From contig DASXTW010000087.1 in NCBI GenBank assembly GCA_036505215.1, forward strand, positions 23,886 through 87,885: a DNA stretch of 64,000 nt, given 5' to 3'. The translations under genes and the position numbers were made by a program. Shown here piece after piece: positions 48,622 to 60,604 of this stretch. A model generated the notes under the pieces. It was not told the origin of the DNA. It worked only from the letters and a program-made list of their open reading frames with translations, and made no database searches. The DNA comes from Actinomycetota bacterium (lineage in GTDB: Bacteria; Actinomycetota; UBA4738). Positions within the stretch are counted from its first letter, which is position 1, and each line of letters opens with the position of its first letter.

Positions 48622-49563
48622 CTAGAGCTCCTCCGCGAAGTCTCCGGCCATTCGGAAGAACGACCTCCAGGAGAAGAGAAGGAGGAGCAAGGAGCCGACG
48701 GTGACCGCTCCCAGGACCATGGCCAGCCATCCCAGGCTCACCGGGAGCAGGATCGGTTGTCCCCCTGATCCCGATGGTGTCACCACCTTGTAGAGGGCGC
48801 GTTGGAATCCGAGGACGATGTCTGCCATAGGGTTCACCAGGACGAGGTGGTACACGGAGATTCCGAACAGGCTGCGGCCGGCCAGCCGTCCCGACGCCAG
48901 CAGCCCGCTCGGGTAGACGACCGGGGTGAGCCAGAACCAGAGCACCAGCCCCAGCTGTACCAGGTGCTGGGTGTCCCGGTATCGCACGTTCAGGGCGGAC
49001 ACCCACAGGGCCAGGGCGTTGGTGAATGCCAGCAGGGCAACGCAAGCCAGAGGAAGGAGGAGGAGGTTGATTCCCCAAAACCGATAGCGAAACACCAGCA
49101 TGAAGATGCCCAGGACCAGCGCCTGCAGGATGAAGTCGACCAGGGCGGTCCCTATGGAAGCCAGTGGCAGGGCTTCCCTTGGGAAGTACACCTTGGTCAC
49201 CAGGTTCCCGTTATCGACCACCGAACGGGTCGCGAAGCTCAACGAGTTGCTGAACACGTTCCAGGCCAGCAAGCCGGACAGGAGGTACACCGGGAAGTGC
49301 GGCACATCGTTGGGCAGCACTTTGGTGAACACCAAGGTGAACACGGCCAGGTACAGAATCGGGTTGAGCATGGACCAGGCCGCCCCAAGGATGGACGACT
49401 TGTACTTGACCTTGACGTCTTTGCGGACGAGGTTGGAGATGATCTCCCGGGCGCCGAGAATCTCCCCGAACCTGGAGATCGGGTGAAGGTCCGTGGGTTC
49501 AGAGGTCCTGACGAGGACCTCACCACCAGCTGCCAGGATCTTTCCTTTCGTCGAAAACTGCAT
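48622..49563 (-). CDS. wzm: Polysaccharide ABC exporter permease (ABC-2 type)
   Basis: Six-TM ABC-2 permease. Sits immediately upstream of wzt. Confidence 0.85.
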   Translation of the reverse strand: MQFSTKGKILAAGGEVLVRTSEPTDLHPISRFGEILGAREIISNLVRKDVKVKYKSSILGAAWSMLNPILYLAVFTLVFTKVLPNDVPHFPVYLLSGLLAWNVFSNSLSFATRSVVDNGNLVTKVYFPREALPLASIGTALVDFILQALVLGIFMLVFRYRFWGINLLLLPLACVALLAFTNALALWVSALNVRYRDTQHLVQLGLVLWFWLTPVVYPSGLLASGRLAGRSLFGISVYHLVLVNPMADIVLGFQRALYKVVTPSGSGGQPILLPVSLGWLAMVLGAVTVGSLLLLLFSWRSFFRMAGDFAEEL

Positions 49564-49631
49564 GAAAATGGCTCTCTGGGGTCAGTGTAGCAACGCTCGT
49601 CAGGGCTTCTTATCATCGGTCTCGACGCCGT

Positions 49632-50129
49632 GTGGAGCTTCTGAGAAGAGCCAAGCCTCCAGGTCGCTCGAGGAGACTCCCGCGGACCGTGCGCTACGCT
49701 TGGCTCGTGGCATCGATACGACGAATCCTCAAGAGGGCGCTGCCTTCTCGAGCGTTGAACGTATACCGGCGCCGGCGGGCCCTTCGGCGGTACCTCCGCC
49801 AGATCTCCTACCAGCTCTACGACCGGAACCTGACCTACCACCTGGAAGAGCTGGAAGGTGACCTATTGGCCCGACGGCCTGATATCACCAGCCGACTGAT
49901 GGAGGACCTTCTCATGAGGACCGACATCCTCATCCAGCGGCTCGACCGGCAGGTGGCGGCTCTGCGGGCTCGGCACAGCGGGGAATTCCGAGAGCTCCAC
50001 AAAGAGGTCGGTGCCCTCCGCGAGTCCATGGATGAGCTGCGGGCAGAGGTCCAGCGGAAGGGACCCCCGCCAGCGCCGGAGGAGGCCCGCCGCCAGTCCC
50101 CAGCGGGCCGCTCAGTGGCTGGAGACTAG
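49632..50129 (+). CDS. Hypothetical basic coiled-coil protein
   Basis: Arg-rich N-terminus, then heptad-like LEELEGDLL…LRESMDELRAEVQRK. Ends 8 nt before the next GT4. Coding status is uncertain. Confidence 0.4.
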   Translation: MELLRRAKPPGRSRRLPRTVRYAWLVASIRRILKRALPSRALNVYRRRRALRRYLRQISYQLYDRNLTYHLEELEGDLLARRPDITSRLMEDLLMRTDILIQRLDRQVAALRARHSGEFRELHKEVGALRESMDELRAEVQRKGPPPAPEEARRQSPAGRSVAGD

Positions 50130-50137
50130 GCCAGGCC

Positions 50138-51367
50138 ATGCGCCTGGCGTGGTTCTCCCCACTGCCTCCCATCCCCTCGGGGATCGCCGACTATTCCGCG
50201 GAGCTCTTGCCCCTCATCGCCGAGGGTGCTGACGTCCACGTGTACTCGCCGCGGCCGAGCCTGACGAAGAAGCTGCACGTGCCCCGAGGGGTCGCGGTCT
50301 ACGCGCCGCGATCGTTCCAGCGCAGAGCGAATCTCTACGACGTTCTCTTCTATCACCTCGGGAACAACCCCTACCACGAGTACGTGTATCGGGCGGCGAC
50401 GGAACGGCCTGGGATCGCCGTCTTTCATGAGATCGTCCTGCATCACCTGATCGCTTCCCTCTATGCAGAGAGAAGACCGGACTGGAGGCGATATCGCGCG
50501 ATGCTCACGGAGGAGCTTGGCGAGATCGGCTCGAACCTCGCCAAGCTCCGGATGCAGGGTATCGGCACGGGAACCGATCTCTTCATGTTCCCCCTGAATG
50601 GCCACATCGCGGCGTCGGCCCGGGCCATCGTGGTGCATAGCCAAGAGGCCCGCGAGGAGATGGCGGACGTTGCCCCCGGCGTGCCGACAACCGTGATCCC
50701 CCACCACGCCGGGACTCCTCCCGCGCAGGTCGAAGGCTTGAGCCGGGAAGCCGCCCGTGCGCAGCTCGGGCTTCCCGCCGATGTATTCATCGTGGCCCAG
50801 TTCGGCTTCATCACGAGGGCGAAGCAGCCGGCCGCGGTCGTCCGCGGCTTCGCCCGCTTTGTGGAACGTTTTCCCGATGCGCTGCTCCTGTTGGTGGGCG
50901 AGAACCAGGCTCCCGGGCAATCCCTCGAGCGCCTCATGGATTCGATGGGCGTGAGCCACCGGGTCCGGGTGATCGGGTTCGTTGACCTGTGCACGTTCTA
51001 CCGGTATCTGAAGGCTGCCGACGTGGTGGTGAACCTGCGCTACCCGAGCGCCGGCGAGGCTTCCGGGACCTTCGCTCGGGCCCTGGCCGAGGGTCGGGCC
51101 GTGATCGCCAGCAACCTGGGCTCGTTCGCCGAGGTTCCTCCCGACGTCGTGCTGAAAGTGGAGGTCGACGGCGACCAGACCGAGGAATTGAGCCACCATC
51201 TCATCCGTCTGGCCGAGGATCCGGGCTTCAAGGACTCGCTGGAGAAACGGGCCCGGCACTACGCCCTCACCGTCCTGGACCCGAGCCGGTGCGCCCGTCT
51301 CTATCTGGAAGTCGCCCGAAGCGTTGCGGGAGAGCGCATCCCCTTCCCCTCTACCCCCCGGCGATAG
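50138..51367 (+). CDS. GT4-family glycosyltransferase
   Basis: MRLAWFSPLPPIPSGIADYS… and C-terminal GT4 motifs. Confidence 0.8.
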   Translation: MRLAWFSPLPPIPSGIADYSAELLPLIAEGADVHVYSPRPSLTKKLHVPRGVAVYAPRSFQRRANLYDVLFYHLGNNPYHEYVYRAATERPGIAVFHEIVLHHLIASLYAERRPDWRRYRAMLTEELGEIGSNLAKLRMQGIGTGTDLFMFPLNGHIAASARAIVVHSQEAREEMADVAPGVPTTVIPHHAGTPPAQVEGLSREAARAQLGLPADVFIVAQFGFITRAKQPAAVVRGFARFVERFPDALLLLVGENQAPGQSLERLMDSMGVSHRVRVIGFVDLCTFYRYLKAADVVVNLRYPSAGEASGTFARALAEGRAVIASNLGSFAEVPPDVVLKVEVDGDQTEELSHHLIRLAEDPGFKDSLEKRARHYALTVLDPSRCARLYLEVARSVAGERIPFPSTPRR

Positions 51368-51878
51368 CGCTCCGCCGCTCCAGGAAGACCACGTCGCGCC
51401 ACACGCCGCGATGCTGCCCGATCCGCTCGCGGACCCCAACCTCGCGGAACCCGAGGCGCCTGTGGAGGGCGAGGCTGGCCTGGTTCTCCGGGAAGATGCC
51501 TGTCTGCAGGGTCCAGATCCCGGCTCGCTCGGAGCTTTCCACGACCGCCCGGAGGAGGGCTCGGCCGATCCCTTGGCCGCGCACGCCATCGGCGACGTAC
51601 ACGCTGACCTCGGCCACGCCACCATAGACCTGCCTGCGGGATACCGGCGCCAGCGCCACCCACCCCACGACCCGACCGCCCTGCCTGGCGACGAACCTGT
51701 GGTCGGGATGATGTGCCTGGTCCCACCCGGGCCAGTCCGGCGCTTCGGTCTCGAACGTGGCGTTGCCCGTGGCGATCCCTTCCTCGTAGATCCGGCGGAC
51801 CTCCGGCCAGTCCTCCGTCGTCATGGCCTCGATGGCCGGCTGGGCAGCTTCTGCAGCTCCGGCGATGGAAGGCCCCAC
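51351..51878 (-). CDS. GNAT-family N-acetyltransferase (phosphinothricin-acetyltransferase-like)
   Basis: …VGWVALAP…YVADGVRGQGIGRALL… is an acetyl-CoA binding motif. Confidence 0.8.
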   Translation of the reverse strand: MGPSIAGAAEAAQPAIEAMTTEDWPEVRRIYEEGIATGNATFETEAPDWPGWDQAHHPDHRFVARQGGRVVGWVALAPVSRRQVYGGVAEVSVYVADGVRGQGIGRALLRAVVESSERAGIWTLQTGIFPENQASLALHRRLGFREVGVRERIGQHRGVWRDVVFLERRSAIAGG

Positions 51879-51879
51879 C

Positions 51880-54628
<2,749 letters not shown>

Positions 54629-54685
54629 CGAAGCGAAAGGCTACACGGTCGCACCGACAGCAGAGGGGGCCTCGGTCGCGTCGCG

Positions 54686-55804
54686 CTAGCGAAGGGCCTC
54701 GCGGATGCGGCCGCCGCCCAGGACCTCGTCTCCCCGGTAGAAGGCCACACTCTGGCCTGGGGCCACCGCGCGCTCAGGCGTTCGAAACTCCACCCGGACG
54801 TCCTGTCCCAGGGGCTCGACCACCGCGGGCACGGCCTCGCCCTTGTACCGGATCCGCACATCGGCCTCGAAGGGATCGGCGGCCGGTGGCCTGCCCGCCA
54901 CCCAGGAGACCCGATCGGCGACCAGGCCTCTCCGGGCCAGGAGATCTCCCGACCCCACCACGACGCGGTTCGATCCCGCGTCCATGTCCACGACGTAAGC
55001 CCGCTCGCCTGTGGACACACCCAGGCCCCGGCGCTGTCCGATGGTGAAACGGAACGTGCCATCGTGGTGAGCCATCACCCGGCCGATCGGGTCGACCACC
55101 TCGCCCGGGCGGACCAGGTCGGGACTGTGCCGGGCCAGGAACGCCCCGTGGTCGGCGCCGGGGACGAAGCACACCTCCTGGGAATCGGGCTTACCGGCCA
55201 CGGGCAGGCCGAGGCGAGCGGCATGCGCCCGGGTCTCGGACTTGGCCTGCCCTCCCACGGGGAAAAGACTCCGGGCGAGCTGGTCCTGGCCGAGCATGTG
55301 CAGGAGGTAGGACTGGTCCTTCGACCGGTCCACGCCGCGGCCCAGATGCCACCCGCCCGACTCGTCCCTCCACGTCCGCACGTAGTGGCCCGTGGCCACG
55401 AAGTCGAACCCGAGCTGGTCCGCCCGATCCAGGAACGCGTCGAACTTGATGAACTGGTTGCATCGCACGCACGGGTTGGGCGTCCTCCCCGCGCGATGCT
55501 CGGCGAAGAAATCGGCCAGGACCGTTCGTTCGAACGAGTCGCTCATGTCGGCCACCTCGAACTCGAAGCCCACGAGCTCGGCGACCGCGGCCGCGTCGGC
55601 CTCGGCCCGAGGCCCGCAGCACCCATGGTCCACGCCGTCCAGGTGCACCAGCTTCATGTGAGAGCCCAGCACGCGAAAGCCCTGCTCGTGGAGCAGCGCG
55701 GCCGAGACGGAGGAGTCGACTCCTCCGCTCATGGCGACCAGGACCGACGGCTCCCTCTTCACGTTCGCGAGGCTAACAGGCAGCAGACGTTTCCCTTGGT
55801 TCAT
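54686..55804 (-). CDS. mnmA: tRNA-specific 2-thiouridylase
   Basis: PP-loop VAMSGGVDSSV, catalytic Cys NPCVRCN and C-terminal beta-barrel. Start taken at MNQGKRLL…. Confidence 0.9.
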   Translation of the reverse strand: MNQGKRLLPVSLANVKREPSVLVAMSGGVDSSVSAALLHEQGFRVLGSHMKLVHLDGVDHGCCGPRAEADAAAVAELVGFEFEVADMSDSFERTVLADFFAEHRAGRTPNPCVRCNQFIKFDAFLDRADQLGFDFVATGHYVRTWRDESGGWHLGRGVDRSKDQSYLLHMLGQDQLARSLFPVGGQAKSETRAHAARLGLPVAGKPDSQEVCFVPGADHGAFLARHSPDLVRPGEVVDPIGRVMAHHDGTFRFTIGQRRGLGVSTGERAYVVDMDAGSNRVVVGSGDLLARRGLVADRVSWVAGRPPAADPFEADVRIRYKGEAVPAVVEPLGQDVRVEFRTPERAVAPGQSVAFYRGDEVLGGGRIREALR

Positions 55805-55847
55805 CCGGTGGTATGTCTGACCTACCCCTCGGTAGGATAGGCGGCCC

Positions 55848-56615
55848 ATGAACATCATCGCCCTGGTCAAGTACGTACCGAACCCCGAAGGCACGCCGCA
55901 GATGGGGCCTGATCACCGTCTTGTCCGGGAGGGCGTGGAGGGAGCCCTCGATCCCGGAGACGAGCATGTGGTGGAGGCGGCTCTGCAGCTCGCCGAGCAG
56001 TCGGGCGGAGAGGTCACCGTCCTCAGCATGGGCCCGGAGCCGGCCCTTGCCGCCATCCGGCGCGCCCTGTCCATGGGCGCCCACAAGGGTGTGCTGATCA
56101 CCGATCAGGCCCTTCCCGGCGCAGACACCCTGGTGACGGCCAGGGTTCTGGCGGCCGCCATCAAGCGCGGAGAGTTCGATCTGGTGATCGGCGGCGTGGA
56201 GTCGACCGACGGATACACCGGCACACTGCCGATGGCGGTGGCCGAGTTCCTCGCCATCCCCAACGCCACGTTCGCTCGCCACGTCGAGGTGAAGGACGGG
56301 TCGATCCGGATCGAGCGGCAGACCGAGATGGGCTACGACGTGGTGGAGTGTCCGCTGCCCGCCGTGGTCACCGTGACCGCAGGTGCCAACCAGCCCCGCT
56401 ACCCCACGCTCAAGGGCATCATGCAGGCGAAGCAGAAGCCGATGGAGAACCTCACGCTGGGCGATCTTGGGATCTCGGCCGAGGAGGCCAAGGCCACGCA
56501 GGAGGTCATGGGGGTCGAACCGGTCCCGGCGAAAGAGGCGGGCGAGATCCTGGAGGACCCGGGCGAGGCTCCGGCCAAGGTCGTCGAGCTCCTGTCGAAG
56601 GCCAAGGTGATCTAA
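55848..56615 (+). CDS. etfB: Electron transfer flavoprotein beta subunit
   Basis: MNIIALVKYVPNPEG… is a canonical EtfB/FixA start. Confidence 0.9.
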   Translation: MNIIALVKYVPNPEGTPQMGPDHRLVREGVEGALDPGDEHVVEAALQLAEQSGGEVTVLSMGPEPALAAIRRALSMGAHKGVLITDQALPGADTLVTARVLAAAIKRGEFDLVIGGVESTDGYTGTLPMAVAEFLAIPNATFARHVEVKDGSIRIERQTEMGYDVVECPLPAVVTVTAGANQPRYPTLKGIMQAKQKPMENLTLGDLGISAEEAKATQEVMGVEPVPAKEAGEILEDPGEAPAKVVELLSKAKVI

Positions 56616-56617
56616 GC

Positions 56618-57583
56618 GTGGGGGTTTGGGTCTACGCGGAGGTCGCCGACGACGGCAAGGTCGAACCCGGAGCCCTGGAGAACCTCACCAAGGCGCGGGA
56701 TCTGGGCACAGAGGTGTCCGCGGTGGCGTTGGGTCCGGGAGCCACGCAGGCAGCGGCCACGGCCGGTGAGTATGGAGCGCAGACCCTGTACGCGAGCGAT
56801 GACTCCGTCTACACCGATTACATCGCTCAGCCCGCCGTCCACGCGCTGCACGAGCTCATCCAGCAGCACCAGCCGGAGCTGATCCTGTTCTCCCCGACCT
56901 ACGACTCCCGCGACGTGGCCGGCCGGCTCCAGGCCAGGACCGGCGCCACCCTCATGTCCAACGCCACCGACATCCTCGGCCCCGACTACGCCCAGACCCA
57001 GATCTTCGGCGGCCAGCAGATCGTGGACGTCACGCTCTCCGGGCCGAACCCGAAGCTGGTCATCGTCCGCCCCAAGTCCTTCGAGCCTCAGCCGAGTGGT
57101 GGCGGGCCGGCGCAGGTGGTCCCCGTCGAGGTGGAGATTCCGGACGAGCTCAAGAAGGCCAGCCGGGTGGAGCGCCACGAGCAAGCTGCCGCCGGGCCGA
57201 AGATTGAGGAGGCCAAGGTCATCATCGCCGGCGGCCGGGGCCTCCAACAGCCCGAGAACTTCAAGCTCCTGGAGGAGCTGGCCGGGGCCATCGGCAGCGC
57301 GGCCGTGGGGGCCTCCCGGGCCGTGGTCGACGCCGGGTGGGTTCCCTACGCCATGCAGATAGGTCAGACGGGAAAGACCGTGAGTCCCGAGGTCTACATC
57401 GCCGTGGGCATCTCCGGGGCAATCCAGCACCTGGTGGGGATGAAGACCTCAAAGCGGATCATCGCCATCAACAAGGACAGGGAAGCGCCCATCTTCCAGT
57501 ACGCCGATCTGGGCATCGTGGGCGATGCGTTGAAGGTCCTCCCCGAGATCACCGCGGCCATCAAGGCGAAGAAGGGCTCGTAG
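56618..57583 (+). CDS. etfA: Electron transfer flavoprotein alpha subunit
   Basis: GTG 56618, 2 nt after the etfB stop. FAD-binding C-terminal domain (…[15 protein letters not shown]…). Confidence 0.9.
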   Translation: MGVWVYAEVADDGKVEPGALENLTKARDLGTEVSAVALGPGATQAAATAGEYGAQTLYASDDSVYTDYIAQPAVHALHELIQQHQPELILFSPTYDSRDVAGRLQARTGATLMSNATDILGPDYAQTQIFGGQQIVDVTLSGPNPKLVIVRPKSFEPQPSGGGPAQVVPVEVEIPDELKKASRVERHEQAAAGPKIEEAKVIIAGGRGLQQPENFKLLEELAGAIGSAAVGASRAVVDAGWVPYAMQIGQTGKTVSPEVYIAVGISGAIQHLVGMKTSKRIIAINKDREAPIFQYADLGIVGDALKVLPEITAAIKAKKGS

Positions 57584-57613
57584 GCGAAAGGACTCCCCGC
57601 CTTCGCTTCCTTC

Positions 57614-58042
57614 GTGGTGCTGACGGTCATGCTGTTCGGGTGCACCAAGTCCCACAAGCCGTCCGGATCATCCCCCAGGGTCTCTGGGGCGGAGTCGCCC
57701 TCAGGTTCGTCCGCTCCTTCCACGCTCCCGGCGATCCCATCGAGCTCCGGCCGGAGCCTCGGACCGAACCAGCCACCGATCGTCTGGATCGGGGGCGAGC
57801 TCACGGAATTGAAGGCGGACCGCCTCGAGCTGAAAGAGGCGTTCGGGTCAGTCGTCACCGTGCGCCTCCTGGGCGGGAACGCCAGCACGTTCTTACGCGT
57901 CTCGGGCGGAACGTGGCAGCGCGCGGAGCCGGGCACGGACGCGAAGATCGGGACGAAGGCCTGCGTGGAGACCCTGATGAACGGGCAGACGTTGCTGGCC
58001 CTCAGGGTATTCCTGGGGGCCGACTGTGGCCCCTCGCCCTAG
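57614..58042 (+). CDS. Hypothetical lipoprotein
   Basis: Signal peptide with lipobox-like LFGC, followed by a Ser/Pro-rich linker. Confidence 0.5.
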   Translation: MVLTVMLFGCTKSHKPSGSSPRVSGAESPSGSSAPSTLPAIPSSSGRSLGPNQPPIVWIGGELTELKADRLELKEAFGSVVTVRLLGGNASTFLRVSGGTWQRAEPGTDAKIGTKACVETLMNGQTLLALRVFLGADCGPSP

Positions 58043-58080
58043 ACTCGCTCGAGGCCGCCCCGGCGCGGGAGAATGGATCA

Positions 58081-58311
58081 ATGAGCCCCAACAGCGACCG
58101 GGTCACCACAGCCCATCTGGGCCAGTACACGAGGGAGACCGCCAACGAGATCGCGGGGGAGCTGGAGAAGGCGGGCATCATCTGGTGGTACAAGGAGCCG
58201 GGGTGGCTCAGCCAGGTGTGGGAGTACGGCGTCCGCCTGTTCGTCGACAACTCCCGCATGGTCGAGGCCAAGGCCATCGCCGAGCGAATCGTGGCCGCCC
58301 GTAACCCATGA
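58081..58311 (+). CDS. Small hypothetical protein (76 aa)
   Basis: MSPNSDRVTTAHLGQYTRETANEIAGELEKAGIIWWYKEPGW… has protein-like composition. The 324-aa track ORF in this frame was rejected. Confidence 0.45.
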   Translation: MSPNSDRVTTAHLGQYTRETANEIAGELEKAGIIWWYKEPGWLSQVWEYGVRLFVDNSRMVEAKAIAERIVAARNP

Positions 58312-58694
58312 CGGCGCAACCCTCTGACAAGGTCCATGTGATCCGGTCGAATGAACTGCGTCCGGGGCAGCCAACCGCCGGGATGACTCGGGATGAAGCC
58401 TTCGCCACGCGATCCATGTGGGCGGGTCTGGTTCGGACGGAGCCCGGCATGCAATCGGGCTGGCACCATCACGGAGCTCATGAGACGGCCATCTACGTCC
58501 TGTCCGGCCGCATGCAGATGGAGTCGGGGCCGGGCGGCTCGGAGGTTGTCGAAGCGGGCGCCGGCGACTTCATCTACGTGCCCCCAGAAGCAATCCACCG
58601 GGAGAGCAACCCCAGCGAGGAGCAAGCGGTCGCGGTGATCCTCCGATCCGGAACGGGCCAGGTCGTGGTGAACGTGGAAGGTCCTGAGCCCTGA
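58308..58694 (+). CDS. Cupin-domain protein
   Basis: …GWHHHGAHETAIYVLSG…GDFIYVPPEAIHRE… are cupin motifs 1 and 2. Confidence 0.7.
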   Translation: MTAQPSDKVHVIRSNELRPGQPTAGMTRDEAFATRSMWAGLVRTEPGMQSGWHHHGAHETAIYVLSGRMQMESGPGGSEVVEAGAGDFIYVPPEAIHRESNPSEEQAVAVILRSGTGQVVVNVEGPEP

Positions 58695-58713
58695 CCGGTG
58701 GGGGCTACCAGGA

Positions 58714-59688
58714 TCAGAAAGCCGCGCGCAGGTAGAAGGTGATCCCATCGCGCTCTACCGGCTCGGCCATGCCCTGATCCACGAGCAGGTCGATGTGCGC
58801 CACCACCTCGGACACGGCCAGGAAGTTGTCGAACCCCTCCAGGTGGGGGAAGAGCTCGTTGGCCAGCTGCCAGGCGGACTTGCCTCTTTCGTCGAGCATG
58901 TCCGCCAGGTCTCTAGTTCGACGCCGGTGATGCGATCGCATCTCCTCGATCACCGCCTGCGGATCCTCGATGGGCGGACCGTGTCCGGGAAACACTGTCG
59001 TCAGGGGAAGGGTGGAGAGGCGGTCCAGGCTGGCCAGGTACTCGATCAAGCTGCGGCGCCGCTCGGTCGGGTCCATGGGATCGGGCTCGATGAGCGGATT
59101 GGGGCTGATGTCCAACAGCAGGGTGTCCCCAGAGAACAGGATCCCGCTCTCCTGATGGTACAGGCAGATGTGGCCGGCCGTGTGGCCCGGCAGGTGAAGG
59201 ACCTCCAGCTCGAAACCCTCGAACGAGATGAGCTCGCCGCCGCGAAGGGCGGCCGCTTCCTCCACCTCGGGACGGATTTCGGATCCGAGCTTTCGCTCTC
59301 GCTCGCCTATCTCGACGAGCTGCTCCATCGGCATCCCGGCCTGCAGGAGCAGCCGGCCGGTGGCCACGAGCATCGATCGGTCGGCCAGGTTCGGGAGGTC
59401 TCGCTCCCCCACCAGGATCTGGGCTCCTGAGATCTCGTGAAGCCTCGGCGCCATCCCGTAGTGGTCGGGGTGGGCGTGCGAGATGACGACGCGGGCGATC
59501 TGCTCCGGCGCCAGCCCGATCGCCGCGAGTCCGAGCAGCAGGGCGTTCTCGGTCGCCGGCGTGTTGGGTCCGCAATCGAACAACGTGATCGGGTCGGCAT
59601 TGAACACGTAGACGTTGGCCGGTCCAACGGCGTACGGCGTGGGAACGACGATGCGCTCGAAGCGCAAGCCGCTCAGGTATGCAGGCAT
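58714..59688 (-). CDS. MBL-fold metallo-hydrolase
   Basis: HAHPDHYG (HxHxDH), …HLPGHTAGH…, and a C-terminal winged-helix-like extension. Confidence 0.8.
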   Translation of the reverse strand: MPAYLSGLRFERIVVPTPYAVGPANVYVFNADPITLFDCGPNTPATENALLLGLAAIGLAPEQIARVVISHAHPDHYGMAPRLHEISGAQILVGERDLPNLADRSMLVATGRLLLQAGMPMEQLVEIGERERKLGSEIRPEVEEAAALRGGELISFEGFELEVLHLPGHTAGHICLYHQESGILFSGDTLLLDISPNPLIEPDPMDPTERRRSLIEYLASLDRLSTLPLTTVFPGHGPPIEDPQAVIEEMRSHHRRRTRDLADMLDERGKSAWQLANELFPHLEGFDNFLAVSEVVAHIDLLVDQGMAEPVERDGITFYLRAAF

Positions 59689-59702
59689 GGCGAGGAAGCA
59701 GT

Positions 59703-60530
59703 CTACGGACTGGCCGTTGACCCCCCTGGAGCCTCACGTCGGGCCTCTTCGTCGAGCACCTGCTGCGGGGGTTCGCCTGGCAGCCCGGCCAGACGCCATG
59801 GGAGGACGAACGTGAAGGTCACCACGGCCGAGATGCGCCCGTCCGCGTCGAGCCCGAGCACGGTCGGATAGCGCCCGTCGCCCCAGCCCGTGGCGAAGAT
59901 CACGGTGTTAAGCGGCGGGTGATCGGTGAAGACCACCAACTCGCACGGCGGATAGGCCTTCTGCTTCTTCGCATAGTCGAGGCTGTCGAACAGCCACTGG
60001 CCGTTTCCGCCGGCGGCGATGTCGGCTCCTTCCTCCGAGATATAGCCTCCGTCGCCGCCGTCGGTGCCGAAGGAGAGCGCCCTGGATTCCACCCACCGTA
60101 CCGGCGGATCGGGGCGAACCGCGAGCTCCACGAAGGCGACGCGCTGGTCGCCGTCGTCGAACCTCGCGAGGAGGAGCGTCACGGGGTAGCGGTCGCCCGG
60201 GACACTCAGATCGACGGGGGTGAGGCCCCTGGGAAAGCCCATCTCGGCACCGCTCGCCACCTCGAGCCGGCCGGAGGGTAAGGCCAGGTCGCCCGCGTGT
60301 GCCTCTTCGGAGCTGCTGAGACCTTCTGGGACGTCGAGGTCATACACAACTTCCGGGTCCCGATCGGTGGGGTGGAAATGGGTGAGGACACCCGTACGGC
60401 CGGTTGGGCACGGAAGGTTCTCTGCCAAGAGCGAGAGCCCCGCGCTCCGGCCGAGCGAACTGGGGCTGCAGGCCGACGGAAGCAGGACCGCGCCCAGCAC
60501 GATGACGACGAGGATTCGCCTTCTGCGCAC
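59703..60530 (-). CDS. Hypothetical secreted protein / putative lipoprotein
   Basis: N-terminal signal MRRRRILVVIVLGAVLLPSAC. No confident family assignment. Confidence 0.5.
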   Translation of the reverse strand: MRRRRILVVIVLGAVLLPSACSPSSLGRSAGLSLLAENLPCPTGRTGVLTHFHPTDRDPEVVYDLDVPEGLSSSEEAHAGDLALPSGRLEVASGAEMGFPRGLTPVDLSVPGDRYPVTLLLARFDDGDQRVAFVELAVRPDPPVRWVESRALSFGTDGGDGGYISEEGADIAAGGNGQWLFDSLDYAKKQKAYPPCELVVFTDHPPLNTVIFATGWGDGRYPTVLGLDADGRISAVVTFTFVLPWRLAGLPGEPPQQVLDEEARREAPGGSTASP

Positions 60531-60604
60531 GAGAGATCCTTCTCTCTCGTAGTCGCCACCGATCGACCCGGGCTTGAGGCATCCGTCGCGGAGGCAGTCA
60601 GGCC

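Noticed and set aside
57337-58311. 324-aa ORF
   Set aside because: It runs antisense-free through etfA's 3' end and the lipoprotein gene. Only the final 76 codons (from ATG 58081) have protein-like composition.
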